Below are positions 10,560 through 19,959 of a stretch of DNA of 64,000 nucleotides, one piece after another. The DNA comes from Thermoplasmata archaeon. Lineage in GTDB: Archaea > Thermoplasmatota > Thermoplasmata > Thermoplasmatales > GCA-001856825. Each line of letters begins with the position of its first letter. Within the stretch, counting starts at the first letter, position 1. The notes beneath the pieces are model-generated. The model was not told where the DNA came from and searched no databases. It saw only the letters and a program-made list of their open reading frames with translations. Both the position numbers and the translations under genes were made by a program. The stretch is taken from assembly GCA_049965815.1 (NCBI GenBank), contig JBMFVV010000001.1:21484-85483 (forward strand), written 5' to 3'.

Positions 10560-10564
10560 CGCAT

Positions 10565-11497
10565 ATGCTGAGGGATAGGGTACTGGACTTACTGTTCAAA
10601 GAGGAGATCACACAGAAGGAGTTAACGTCCAGGCTCAATTCTTCCAGGTCAAGGATGTCAGAGGTTCTGAGAAACCTCGAGGAACAGCACATAATAACGA
10701 GGAAGAGGGTGAGCCAGAGAACTGTCCTTGTTTCCTTGAATCATTCAAGGACCCTAAGGGTTGGAATACTGAGGAGTTCAGAATATTTTCATATTGTCTC
10801 CGCGCTGGAACATCTGGGAAAGAAGATACCTTTCAGGCTGACCGTCTACGACAACAGCCTCGAGGCACTCAGGGAATTGATGACTGGTGCTGAGGACATG
10901 GTGGCCAGCCCGCTGATATCAGGGTATTTCTTCTACCTCATAGACAGGAACATCAGGCCCATTGCTGGCGTCGCGGAAGGCGGGTCTGGATTGATCAGGA
11001 GGAGAACAGCAGGGAAAATAGGGACAACACCACTTTCCAGGATGGACAGGGATTCGAGGGACATCAACGGATACGAACAGGTATATTTCAAGAGCATTGA
11101 TGACATACTTCGCGCCTACAACAAGAGGGAGATTGATGCTGCACAGATATGGGAACCGTTCCTCACCATGAATCACGGCATAAGGAATGAAACTGATGGA
11201 CTCTGCTGCTGCATTTTCACCAGAGGCAGGGAGGGTCATTCGATCAACTCATTTCTCAGTACCTATAAAAAGGAGGTTGGAGAGCCCCTGGGAGATGATG
11301 AAAAGCGGGAGATATCCAGGGTGATGGCCAGGATACTGAAGGTCGGACAGGAGGACGTTATCAAGAGCTTGAAGTCATATCACTTCACAACAGTCATAAA
11401 CAAGAGTGACCTGGAAAAACAGATAGAATCTTTTGGACTTCCAATAGTGAAGGAGGTGGATTCCTTCCTTGAAAGAACCACTAAAGTTCCCTTATGA
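10565..11497 (+). CDS. Putative transcriptional regulator: winged HTH fused to type II substrate-binding (NMT1/SsuA-like) domain
   Basis: N-terminal ITQKELTSRLNSSRSRMSEVLRNLEEQHII; C-terminal LRVGIL...EIDAAQIWEPF...CCC typical of ABC binding proteins. Confidence 0.7.
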   Translation: MLRDRVLDLLFKEEITQKELTSRLNSSRSRMSEVLRNLEEQHIITRKRVSQRTVLVSLNHSRTLRVGILRSSEYFHIVSALEHLGKKIPFRLTVYDNSLEALRELMTGAEDMVASPLISGYFFYLIDRNIRPIAGVAEGGSGLIRRRTAGKIGTTPLSRMDRDSRDINGYEQVYFKSIDDILRAYNKREIDAAQIWEPFLTMNHGIRNETDGLCCCIFTRGREGHSINSFLSTYKKEVGEPLGDDEKREISRVMARILKVGQEDVIKSLKSYHFTTVINKSDLEKQIESFGLPIVKEVDSFLERTTKVPL

Positions 11498-13268
11498 CGT
11501 CTACCCGTGGCAGGAGATGATATTCCAGAAACTGGAACACAGCAACAAGAAGTCAACCATACTGGAAAGCCCGACCGGTTCCGGTAAGACTGCTGCTGTC
11601 CTCTTCCATGTCCTTTCGAAGTATCCGGACAGGAGGATCGTATTCCTTACACGGACGAATTCACAGGCTGAAAATTTACTGCGGGAAGCCAAACGCATGG
11701 GAGTGGAAAAAGTCATGACATTCTTTGGACGTGGCGAGATGTGCCTGTTCAGAAGACAGGCACCAGACATGTCGCAAGGATCACCCGAAGAGCAGAGCAA
11801 CTACTGCAGGGTACTCGTTGATAAGCACAAGAAGGGGAAGGGAGGATGCCCTTACGACACAGATTACGACATGGGATGGAAGAAAAGCATCATGTCGCAG
11901 GAAGATTTCATTGAATTGGGAAATGAGGACTTCTGCCCGTATTTTGCACAGAAGATGCTTGCAACAGATGCCAAGGTGCTGGTGACATCATACTCATTCT
12001 TTCTCAACCCATTCATCAGGGAAAGATTCCTTGATTGGATGGAGGCGGAGCTGAAGGACATAATACTGATCGCAGACGAGGCGCACAACATTCCAGACCT
12101 CACAAGAAGCATCCTGTCATCAAGGCTCACTCGTAGCAGCCTTGCGAGTTGCTCGAAGGAAATTGATCAGTTCGGGGATATGCTTCTTGACAACATAAAC
12201 GTATCATATGTCGTCGATTCCCTGAGGGAGGCCCTTTCATCTCTTCTAAAGGAAGGTGACAGGATCATCACAACGCAGGAAGTGACTGAAGCATACATGG
12301 ACGCATTCCAGATGAATTCCCTGGAGATACAGAGAATCCTCTCAGCCATGGCAAACTATGGTCTGTCCATAAGGGAATCAAAGAGCAACGATGGAAAGCT
12401 GCCAAGGAGTTACGTCTACAATACTGCCTTAATTGCTGCAAGGCTGATGGAGGATGACGATGGTTACTGGGTCATGATAGCCCACAACGATGAGCCGTCA
12501 GGCATAAGCCTGATGAATTTGGAAACATACGAAGTTCTCAAATTTTTCGGCAATGCGTACAGGTCGTTCTTCATGTCGGGTACCATTTCTCCATTCAGCA
12601 AGTTCATGGATGAGATGGGCCTGGATGATCCGGAAAAGGTTCTGGTAAAGGCAGACTACCTCGAAAGAAACCTGAAGGTGCTATTTGTAGATGACGTAAC
12701 GTCCAGGTACGCCACGAAGGACGAGTCCAGGGATAAGATGGGCCTGTATGTGAAGCAGATCATTGAGGGCATTGGGAGAAACAAGGTAATATTTTGCACT
12801 TCATATGAACAGCTTTCATCTTTCCTTGAGCTGGAAATGAAGGGAAGAATATATTTTGAAAGGAAGGGAATGAACAACGAAGAGTTCGTCTCCCTTATCA
12901 CCAACTTCAGGGAGAAGGGAGGGAACCTGTTTGCAGTTGTGAACGGAAGGATATCTGAAGGCATCGATCTCCCAGGGAAGCTTGTGGAAGTGGCAGTGGT
13001 GACAGGAATACCTTATCCGCCCCCTGCCCCCGAGACCGCAGCAATGGAACTCTTCTACGAAATGAAATTCAGGAGGGGGTGGGAGTATGCCTATGATGCC
13101 GTGGCTGCCACACGTATGAGGCAGGCAATCGGTCGCCTCATCAGGAGCCCGGAAGATAGGGGCGTTGCCATAATCCTTGATTCAAGGGCAAGAAAATTCA
13201 GGAATGATCTTCCAAATCTCTACCTAAGCAAGGACCCTGTGAAGGATGCAAATGATTTTCTTTCCTAA
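11469..13268 (+). CDS. xpd: XPD/Rad3-family Fe-S DNA helicase
   Basis: ESPTGSGKT, four Fe-S cysteines, DEAH, SGT, SEGID, QAIGRLIR; GGAGGTGG SD before TTG. Confidence 0.9.
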   Translation: MKEPLKFPYDVYPWQEMIFQKLEHSNKKSTILESPTGSGKTAAVLFHVLSKYPDRRIVFLTRTNSQAENLLREAKRMGVEKVMTFFGRGEMCLFRRQAPDMSQGSPEEQSNYCRVLVDKHKKGKGGCPYDTDYDMGWKKSIMSQEDFIELGNEDFCPYFAQKMLATDAKVLVTSYSFFLNPFIRERFLDWMEAELKDIILIADEAHNIPDLTRSILSSRLTRSSLASCSKEIDQFGDMLLDNINVSYVVDSLREALSSLLKEGDRIITTQEVTEAYMDAFQMNSLEIQRILSAMANYGLSIRESKSNDGKLPRSYVYNTALIAARLMEDDDGYWVMIAHNDEPSGISLMNLETYEVLKFFGNAYRSFFMSGTISPFSKFMDEMGLDDPEKVLVKADYLERNLKVLFVDDVTSRYATKDESRDKMGLYVKQIIEGIGRNKVIFCTSYEQLSSFLELEMKGRIYFERKGMNNEEFVSLITNFREKGGNLFAVVNGRISEGIDLPGKLVEVAVVTGIPYPPPAPETAAMELFYEMKFRRGWEYAYDAVAATRMRQAIGRLIRSPEDRGVAIILDSRARKFRNDLPNLYLSKDPVKDANDFLS

Positions 13269-13442
13269 AAGGAAGGTGTGAGATTTAAGTTAAGTGCTGT
13301 ATTGTGTGGTAATTCTTTAGTAAACGTGAACAATATTATCGGGTGGTGGCATACAAGGCGTTGACACAGCGCTATACACCATCTTATGATGTACTGGAAC
13401 AGATGGCAGGAAGTCAAATATCAACGAATATTTGATAAAGTC

Positions 13443-13988
13443 CTAATACGGTACGCTCTTCATCTTGAATTTGTACCCAATTATGTTCACCGCCCTGTGA
13501 ATGAGCGGTGTGACTATGAGAATCGCAACCACTCCTTCCCACGGAAACAGTACCTTTGCCTGTGGAAGGAATATGATATAGAAGAAGGCGAGGGCAAATA
13601 GTGCGAACGGGTACTGATCCAGGAAGAGTGACTCGGCCCCAGGTGCCCTTCCCATCCTTCTCTTCACAAAAGATCCTGCAAGGTCTCCAAGCATGGAGAA
13701 TGCAGATAGGACGAGAACCATCAAGAATGCGTTTAGCAGCTGGTAGGAGAAAACTAGCTCCTTCACCCCGGCCAGGAGGAACAGATAATTCAGCAACAAC
13801 CCTATCACAGTCCCTGCAGCCATACCGCCCAGGAAGCCTGACCAAGTTTTGTGATCGCCAAATATCCTCTTCCCCCTCCAGCTCTTTCCGCCATCTATCG
13901 CAAAATGGCCTCCTGTGATCACAGCGCTGGGATTGGCGATGAATGCAGGTATGAAGAGTATCAGTGATGAGATGAAGGATGGTATCAC
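13443..13988 (-). CDS. carS: CDP-archaeol synthase
   Basis: PAFIAN, IDGGKSWRGKRIFGDHKTWSG, GDLAGSFVKRR, LDQ; start set at GTG 13988 (approximate). Confidence 0.9.
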   Translation of the reverse strand: MIPSFISSLILFIPAFIANPSAVITGGHFAIDGGKSWRGKRIFGDHKTWSGFLGGMAAGTVIGLLLNYLFLLAGVKELVFSYQLLNAFLMVLVLSAFSMLGDLAGSFVKRRMGRAPGAESLFLDQYPFALFALAFFYIIFLPQAKVLFPWEGVVAILIVTPLIHRAVNIIGYKFKMKSVPY

Positions 13989-14108
13989 ATCCTGCGAGAG
14001 TTTGCCAAAATATAACCATTTCTTCAAATCGGGAATATTTGGTCTAGGTTGAAATATGACATTCTCTATCCACAGAAAATTATTAAATTTCGCACCTATT
14101 GTCAAAGA

Positions 14109-15047
14109 GTGAAGAGCAAAAAAATTCTAGTCACAGGAGCAGCAGGTTTCATCGGTTCTAACTTAGTTGAGTCACTGATAAAGGACAATTATGTAATTGG
14201 GGTGGACAATCTTTCATCAGGCAGGAAAGAGAATATAGAGGGGTTTCTGGATTCAAAGAATTTTGTTTTCAAGAAGATTGATGTCAAGGATACAGATTCA
14301 CTGAAGAAAGAAATGGATGGGGTGCAGATCGTGTTCCACCTGAGTGCCAACGCTGATGTGAGGAAGGGGTTCAGCGATTCTGGCGTGGACTTCAGGGAGA
14401 ACGTCCAGGCAACTGTTTCTGTCCTTGAAGCAATGCGTGCGAAGGACGTGAGTGACATTATCTTCTCCTCTACGAGTGCAGTCTACGGCAATGCTGCCAT
14501 CATTCCCACACCAGAACTGTACGGCCCCCTGATGCCCATATCGCATTACGGAGCTTCCAAGCTAGCTGCCGAGGCATTTATTTTTAGCTTCTCAAGCAAC
14601 TACGGATTCAGATCGTCAGTTTTCAGGTTTGCAAATGTTGTAGGAAGAAGGGGAACTCACGGTGCAATAGCAGATTTCATCAGCAAGCTGAAAAAGGATG
14701 GGACTGTTCTGGATGTGCTTGGAGACGGAACACAGAAGAAATCTTACATATATGTGGACGACTGTGTCAATGGAATGATACTCCTTCATGGAAAGGAAGA
14801 TGGACTGTTCAACCTCGGTACAAGGGGGAGGACATCAGTGAGGGAGATTGCAGAAATGACAGTGGAGAGATATTCTCCGGGTGCTAAGATAAATTACGTT
14901 GGTGGACCAGGAGGGGCAGGCTGGGTTGGGGACGTCAAGTACGCGGGCCTGGACATTACAAAGGCACAGAGGAATGGGTGGGAGTACATGATTGACAGCA
15001 ATGACGCCGTAAGAAAGGCAATAGAAGACGCAGGGGTCAATGCATGA
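14109..15047 (+). CDS. NAD-dependent epimerase/dehydratase (UDP-glucose 4-epimerase-like)
   Basis: TGAAGFIG, SSTSAVYG, YGASK; GTG start at 14109. Confidence 0.88.
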   Translation: MKSKKILVTGAAGFIGSNLVESLIKDNYVIGVDNLSSGRKENIEGFLDSKNFVFKKIDVKDTDSLKKEMDGVQIVFHLSANADVRKGFSDSGVDFRENVQATVSVLEAMRAKDVSDIIFSSTSAVYGNAAIIPTPELYGPLMPISHYGASKLAAEAFIFSFSSNYGFRSSVFRFANVVGRRGTHGAIADFISKLKKDGTVLDVLGDGTQKKSYIYVDDCVNGMILLHGKEDGLFNLGTRGRTSVREIAEMTVERYSPGAKINYVGGPGGAGWVGDVKYAGLDITKAQRNGWEYMIDSNDAVRKAIEDAGVNA

Positions 15048-15844
15048 AGGTCCCGACGTTTGTATCATCACTTGACAACATCATGAAGGGTGGTATACCT
15101 GAGGGAAGTTCTGTCCTTCTTCTTGGGGAACCAGGGGCGGGGAACTTCGAATTCTCAATGACATCAGCTGCCAATCTCGCGAGAGCACTGGATGGAAAGG
15201 TACCAAGGGGCCTGGAGGATTACGAGGTCAAATTCCCATCAGGCATACTTTACGTCACTTTCTCCAAGCCGGGAGATGAAATCATGCGGATACTTTCGCT
15301 GTCTCTGGAAGAAAGTCTTGCGTCAAGCCTGAGGAAGAGGATATCAATCCTAGATTTCTCCAGACTCTACTATTCCCAGACACAGGTGCCTTCTTCATGG
15401 ATAGGTGGCAGCACAATAAGGGACAGGGAAAACATCGTTTCGTCTTTCATAAAGGAGATTGAGAAGGCCGGAAAGGACAAGCTCATAATAATAGACTCCT
15501 TTACAGACCTTGTTACGAGCAAGTACATTGATGAGAAGACCCTATTTGACATATCAAGGGGGCTCTCCAGGGCCAGTAAGATGTGGAATTCCATTGTATA
15601 CGCACTCATGACATCAGGCATCGTAGAAAGGAGGGCTGAAAACATACTGATGGAAATATTCGATGGCACACTGCTATTCGAGTGGAACACAACTGAGAAT
15701 TCAAGCAAGCGCAAGAGATACATGACTATCCCAAGGTTCACTGGCGTCCTTCCCGTAATAGAGAGGGAGAAGATAGAGAGGTTTGACACTGAGTTTGACT
15801 ACAAGACTGGCATGATTGTACTGAATACAACGAAGGTGAAATGA
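15044..15844 (+). CDS. KaiC/RAD55-like protein with degenerate Walker A
   Basis: LDNIMKGGIPEGSSVLLLGEPGAGNFEF (GKT replaced by GNF), IIIDS, FDG. Confidence 0.8.
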   Translation: MKVPTFVSSLDNIMKGGIPEGSSVLLLGEPGAGNFEFSMTSAANLARALDGKVPRGLEDYEVKFPSGILYVTFSKPGDEIMRILSLSLEESLASSLRKRISILDFSRLYYSQTQVPSSWIGGSTIRDRENIVSSFIKEIEKAGKDKLIIIDSFTDLVTSKYIDEKTLFDISRGLSRASKMWNSIVYALMTSGIVERRAENILMEIFDGTLLFEWNTTENSSKRKRYMTIPRFTGVLPVIEREKIERFDTEFDYKTGMIVLNTTKVK

Positions 15845-16536
15845 TGGAGAATGTTGATACGGGAGTAGATGGACTTAACACGATGCTTGGAGGGGGAATT
15901 CCGGAGGGGAGTTCAACACTTGTCCTGGGAAGTTATGGAGCGGGAAAAACAACGATGGGTATACACTTCGCCTACAGGGGGGCATCTAAGGGCGAAAACG
16001 TGGTCTACTTCACTTTAGAGGAAAGGAAGGAGAGCATAATCCTTGCATCTAAATCGTACAACATGGACTTCACTCCTTATCTTGACAAGAATCTATTCCT
16101 GCTGAATCCAGATACGATAGAATTTGTAGAAATGCTGAAAACAGAAGGCAATTTCAGGTCCAGCATAGAGTCGCTCAGACCCAAGAGAATTGTAATAGAC
16201 AGCATCTCCCTGATCCTGATGGTCGCAGAGAATGACGTTCTGAGGAGGAATGTGATCATCAACCTATCGAACGCCCTAAGGGATATGAAGGTCACATCCC
16301 TTCTGCTGGCTGAATCAAACGTCTCTTCCCCCTATTCAAGCAGGGATGGTCTTGCAGAATTTGTCTCAGATGGAGTGATATCGCTACAGAACAAGTATGA
16401 CGACAGCATCGGGTCAACAACCAGCATAATAAGGGTCCTAAAAATGAGGCTCACAAACCACGACAGGAAGGCCAGGCCCTACAGCATTGGATCGAACGGA
16501 CTCGAAATACTGGCAAAATCAGAACTGTTCCAGTGA
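15841..16536 (+). CDS. KaiC/RAD55-like ATPase, single domain
   Basis: TGVDGLNTMLGGGIP, GSYGAGKT, TLEE, IVIDSIS, SDGVI, KMR. Confidence 0.9.
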   Translation: MMENVDTGVDGLNTMLGGGIPEGSSTLVLGSYGAGKTTMGIHFAYRGASKGENVVYFTLEERKESIILASKSYNMDFTPYLDKNLFLLNPDTIEFVEMLKTEGNFRSSIESLRPKRIVIDSISLILMVAENDVLRRNVIINLSNALRDMKVTSLLLAESNVSSPYSSRDGLAEFVSDGVISLQNKYDDSIGSTTSIIRVLKMRLTNHDRKARPYSIGSNGLEILAKSELFQ

Positions 16537-16541
16537 AATGT

Positions 16542-17231
16542 TCAGAAAAGTCCAAACTCTATCTTATTACCCGGGGACCTGATCCAGTAGTCCCCTATCT
16601 CTGTGGTGTTTTTAACGTGAGTTCCCGCACAGGCACATACGTCAAGGCCCTCAATCTCCACCACCGAAACTTCATCAATTGATTTTGGAAGCTTGTCGAG
16701 GTTGCATCTTGCCATGAGCTTCGGGTCCAGTTCATTCCGCTTCACAAAGTACCTCGTCAATCCGCGTGCCGTCTTATTTATGTTGTATGCCTCGTCGGCC
16801 ATCACCATATTTTCAGAATCGCTCTCTATATATCCATAAGCTGGAAAGACCTCCGTAACCAGAGATCTGTATCCGCTACTGAACATCACTGCAGAGATGG
16901 CGTGCTGGAGCGTGTGCATCTTCATGATCTTGTACCTCCTCTCCCAATCCAGCACGAGCTTTCCACTACCAATGTCCATTTCGGTATTGGAAAGGTGAAG
17001 AACGTTCTTTCCCTTCTTCTTCACGTTGTAAATTGGTATCTTCACATCCCCGGAAATAAGCATACCCCTGTCACCCGGTTGACCGCCTCCTTGGTAGTGC
17101 ATTATTGTTTTGTCAAGGATGTAGCCACCGCTATCGTATCCGAGGACTTTTACGTCAGTTTCCTTTACGTATGATCCTTCGATTCCCTGGAGGTAGACTA
17201 ATTGCCCTCCATCACTCAATAAATGTTTCAC
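16542..17231 (-). CDS. Free-standing alanyl-tRNA editing protein (AlaX-like, divergent)
   Basis: QGGGQPGD, HTLQH and CAGTH zinc ligands; start uncertain. Confidence 0.82.
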   Translation of the reverse strand: MKHLLSDGGQLVYLQGIEGSYVKETDVKVLGYDSGGYILDKTIMHYQGGGQPGDRGMLISGDVKIPIYNVKKKGKNVLHLSNTEMDIGSGKLVLDWERRYKIMKMHTLQHAISAVMFSSGYRSLVTEVFPAYGYIESDSENMVMADEAYNINKTARGLTRYFVKRNELDPKLMARCNLDKLPKSIDEVSVVEIEGLDVCACAGTHVKNTTEIGDYWIRSPGNKIEFGLF

Positions 17232-17817
17232 CTTTCTTGTAGTTGCTCTTGATATCGTCTATTATAAGGTCCCTGTTTCTTCTCAATTGGCTCTCGTACC
17301 ATTTTGATATCACATTCAACAGCACTTCCTCAAGCTCCTCTATCTTTGCCGCTTTCATTGGAGATTCATAGAGGATGTACTGTGTGAAGTACCTGTGCCA
17401 GCCCGTGTACCTATCGTATTTCTCTCCCTCAGAAAACTCGAAGAGCGCCGATATGCTTTCGTTCTCTTCCTTCTTGTAGATGATTTTGAGAGCGTCCCCA
17501 ATCCTCTCAACTTCCCCGGCTGTATCCTTGAATGATATGTTACTTACATTCTCAAAGAAGAAGTCATTGCTCAGCTGGAATTTTTCCGGGTAACTTGTGA
17601 ATTCCAGCCACTTGTTTGGAGGTGGATCTATGGTGAAATGTATGTTCTGTTTGTTGAATCTTACCCAGGTCTGCCACAAATCCGTCAGGATCCTCTTGTT
17701 CATTTCTGATTTCTTACCTGTAGTGAGAGAACTTTCCTTCATTACTTCTTTCTCCTTCTTGGTGAGTTGCTCATCGAGCTTAGAAAACCAGTCCTTAGGT
17801 TGCTCTGTTGCCGGCAT
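17212..17817 (-). CDS. Hypothetical protein (soluble, 201 aa)
   Basis: Long ORF with coding-like composition, AT-rich TATA-like region about 30 nt upstream, overlaps next gene by 20 nt. Confidence 0.75.
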   Translation of the reverse strand: MPATEQPKDWFSKLDEQLTKKEKEVMKESSLTTGKKSEMNKRILTDLWQTWVRFNKQNIHFTIDPPPNKWLEFTSYPEKFQLSNDFFFENVSNISFKDTAGEVERIGDALKIIYKKEENESISALFEFSEGEKYDRYTGWHRYFTQYILYESPMKAAKIEELEEVLLNVISKWYESQLRRNRDLIIDDIKSNYKKGETFIE

Positions 17818-18141
17818 TTATATCGGAAGAGTATTAAATAAGAAATATTAAACCTTTGAGCTAAATTGAGATGTACAGGCAATATCATTGATAATATCCC
17901 AATAGAGCTAAAGAATGAGACTGTGCGCAGGTGATCCCAGAACCACGGAAAGCAGGTTCAGAAAGAAACTGTTGCTAAGAACAGGCATTATAGCCAATAA
18001 CTCTCTAGCTCAACACCCGATACCTTGATCAAGGGAAAGAAAAAGAAGAGTTCATTAAGCAGGGATTGTTCAGCTAGATTTCTTCACATTAGCACAGGTA
18101 GAATTGGCTATTCCACAGTGAATCTCTAACTCACCTCCCAT

Positions 18142-18711
18142 TCATATAAACGACCTGGCACCATAAAAGAACATGATACCGGCGAAAATGATGAGTATGA
18201 TGAAGGAAAAAATCCTCAAGAATGGCGAATACCTGCTCCCGACCCTGTTCATTGCGTATGGAAAGAGGATGATCCAGGTCAGTAGTCCAAAGAAGAATCC
18301 TCCAACTGAGAGGAGCGTCATTCTCTCGATGAGGAATAGACCGACGGTTATCCACCAGATTATCTGGAAAGGATTGGTGATTCCCATCGACAATCCAACA
18401 AAGTAGTTCCCTTTTGGTGTCTTCGATGGCATCCTGGACCGGATTACGGAAATTGAGAGGTATATCATTATAAAACCTCCAAAGATGTAAAGATACTTGA
18501 ACGTCCAGTCCGGTATAATCACCCTACCAAAGTATAATGCTATCAGGAAAATGAAATCAGCCGTCATTGCCCCAGCCCCAACACTTGAGCCGTGGAGCGT
18601 GGATTTTGAAGATTCGTTCATGATTATTGCGTTCACTGGTCCGGGAGGGGCCGCCAGCGATAGACCCAGCAGATATCCGATGAGTGGAAGGTAAATGATG
18701 TTCAAAATCAC
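18142..18711 (-). CDS. LysE family amino-acid exporter
   Basis: GLSLAAPPGPVN, GAMTAD, ITNPFQIIWW; start set at GTG 18711. Confidence 0.85.
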   Translation of the reverse strand: MILNIIYLPLIGYLLGLSLAAPPGPVNAIIMNESSKSTLHGSSVGAGAMTADFIFLIALYFGRVIIPDWTFKYLYIFGGFIMIYLSISVIRSRMPSKTPKGNYFVGLSMGITNPFQIIWWITVGLFLIERMTLLSVGGFFFGLLTWIILFPYAMNRVGSRYSPFLRIFSFIILIIFAGIMFFYGARSFI

Positions 18712-18794
18712 TGCTTTCAATTTGCACTTTGTATTAAATGCTTGCTTCTCGGCATATGATAAATGCCAAAACTCAATGGGCACGGTCCATGATA

Positions 18795-18869
18795 TGCTCC
18801 GGCCGGGATTTGGACCCGGGTCGTCGGCTCGAAAGGCCGATATGCTTGGCCGGACTACACCACCGGAGC
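18795..18869 (-). tRNA. tRNA-Glu (TTC)
   Basis: Acceptor GCTCCGG/CCGGAGC, anticodon arm TCGGC-CTTTCGA-GCCGA, T arm CCGGG-TCCAAAT-CCCGG; no intron, CCA not encoded. Confidence 0.95.
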
Positions 18870-18892
18870 TGAACGAACGATAACATCGCTTG

Positions 18893-18899
18893 TTATAAA
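18893..18899 (-). promoter_or_regulatory. TATA box of tRNA-Glu
   Basis: TTTATAA on the minus strand 24-30 nt upstream of the tRNA 5' end. Confidence 0.55.
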
Positions 18900-19113
18900 T
18901 TATTAGCGTTCAAATAGGGTCCATCAATAAATTGACCTGGGTGATAAAAAGGAATATGTTACAGACAAACGCAATCGAGTTGGGGGTACAGGCGATAAAA
19001 AAAGGTCCATTTTCGCCTAATATGAATAAAAATTTAGTCAATTAAGGGATAAAAATACAACAAAATTAAAGTAATCATAATCCCTTACAAAACGGAACTC
19101 TGAGGGAATAAGA

Positions 19114-19959
19114 ATGAATCTTACCGTTGAGCCTTATATGACAAAGAAGCCGTTTACACTAAAACTGCCTGCTTCTGTTTCGGATGCAATGCAAATAATG
19201 GCTAGCAAAGATGTAGCAGCAGTACCTGTTGTAGATCCAAAGGGAAATTACGCAGGCATAGTATCGAGAAGGGACATACTGGAACATCCAAAGGAGGATG
19301 AACTGTCACTCCTGATGAGGACTGACCTGCCAACACTCACTTCAAAGGACACACTGGACAAAGCAGTCAGTCACTTCACAAAGATACTGAGAAGGCATCT
19401 TGTCATAGTGGACAACAAGAAGATTTCCGGAATTATAACGCCGTACGATCTCCTGGATGCTGTAATATCCAAGAAAGTCGAAATTCCCATATCCAAGCTC
19501 GTTACAAGGAATGCAATACCACTTCATATCAGGTCCACTGCAAAGATGGTGGAGAGGGTAATCAAACTGACAAAGATCACAGCATTTCCAGTTCTGGACA
19601 ATGACGGCAATCTGACTGGGCTGGTCACTGAGAGAGACCTGCTGAATGGAGCAAACCTTGATTCAAAAACTGTCTCGACCCAACTCGGAATAGGGGAAGA
19701 TGATGATGCGTGGAGCTGGGAGAGTCTCAGGGACATATACACATTCTATTATACGATAAGGGACCTTGAAATACCCAACGTTGAGGTCGAGAAGATCATG
19801 GTAAAGAATCCCATATCAATTTTCGAAGGCGCATCAGCTTACGATGCAGCGAAGATCATGAAAAAGAACAAGTTCACCCAGCTTCCGGTCAGGGACGTGG
19901 ATGACGAGCTCAGCGGAATGGTTTATGACTTCGACATCATATCATCGTTGATAAAATGA
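19114..19959 (+). CDS. CBS-domain protein (4 CBS repeats)
   Basis: Repeated PVVD..G...GIVS.RD, GIITPYD, GLVTERD, GMVYDFD. Confidence 0.9.
   Translation: MNLTVEPYMTKKPFTLKLPASVSDAMQIMASKDVAAVPVVDPKGNYAGIVSRRDILEHPKEDELSLLMRTDLPTLTSKDTLDKAVSHFTKILRRHLVIVDNKKISGIITPYDLLDAVISKKVEIPISKLVTRNAIPLHIRSTAKMVERVIKLTKITAFPVLDNDGNLTGLVTERDLLNGANLDSKTVSTQLGIGEDDDAWSWESLRDIYTFYYTIRDLEIPNVEVEKIMVKNPISIFEGASAYDAAKIMKKNKFTQLPVRDVDDELSGMVYDFDIISSLIK

Noticed and set aside
15044-16536. Circadian clock interpretation of the KaiC-like genes
   Set aside because: Single-domain RAD55-type proteins with no kaiA/kaiB nearby; no support for a clock
19043-19087. Inverted repeat TAAGGGAT/ATCCCTTA upstream of the CBS gene
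   Set aside because: A single 8-bp pair with a long AT-rich spacer; insufficient evidence
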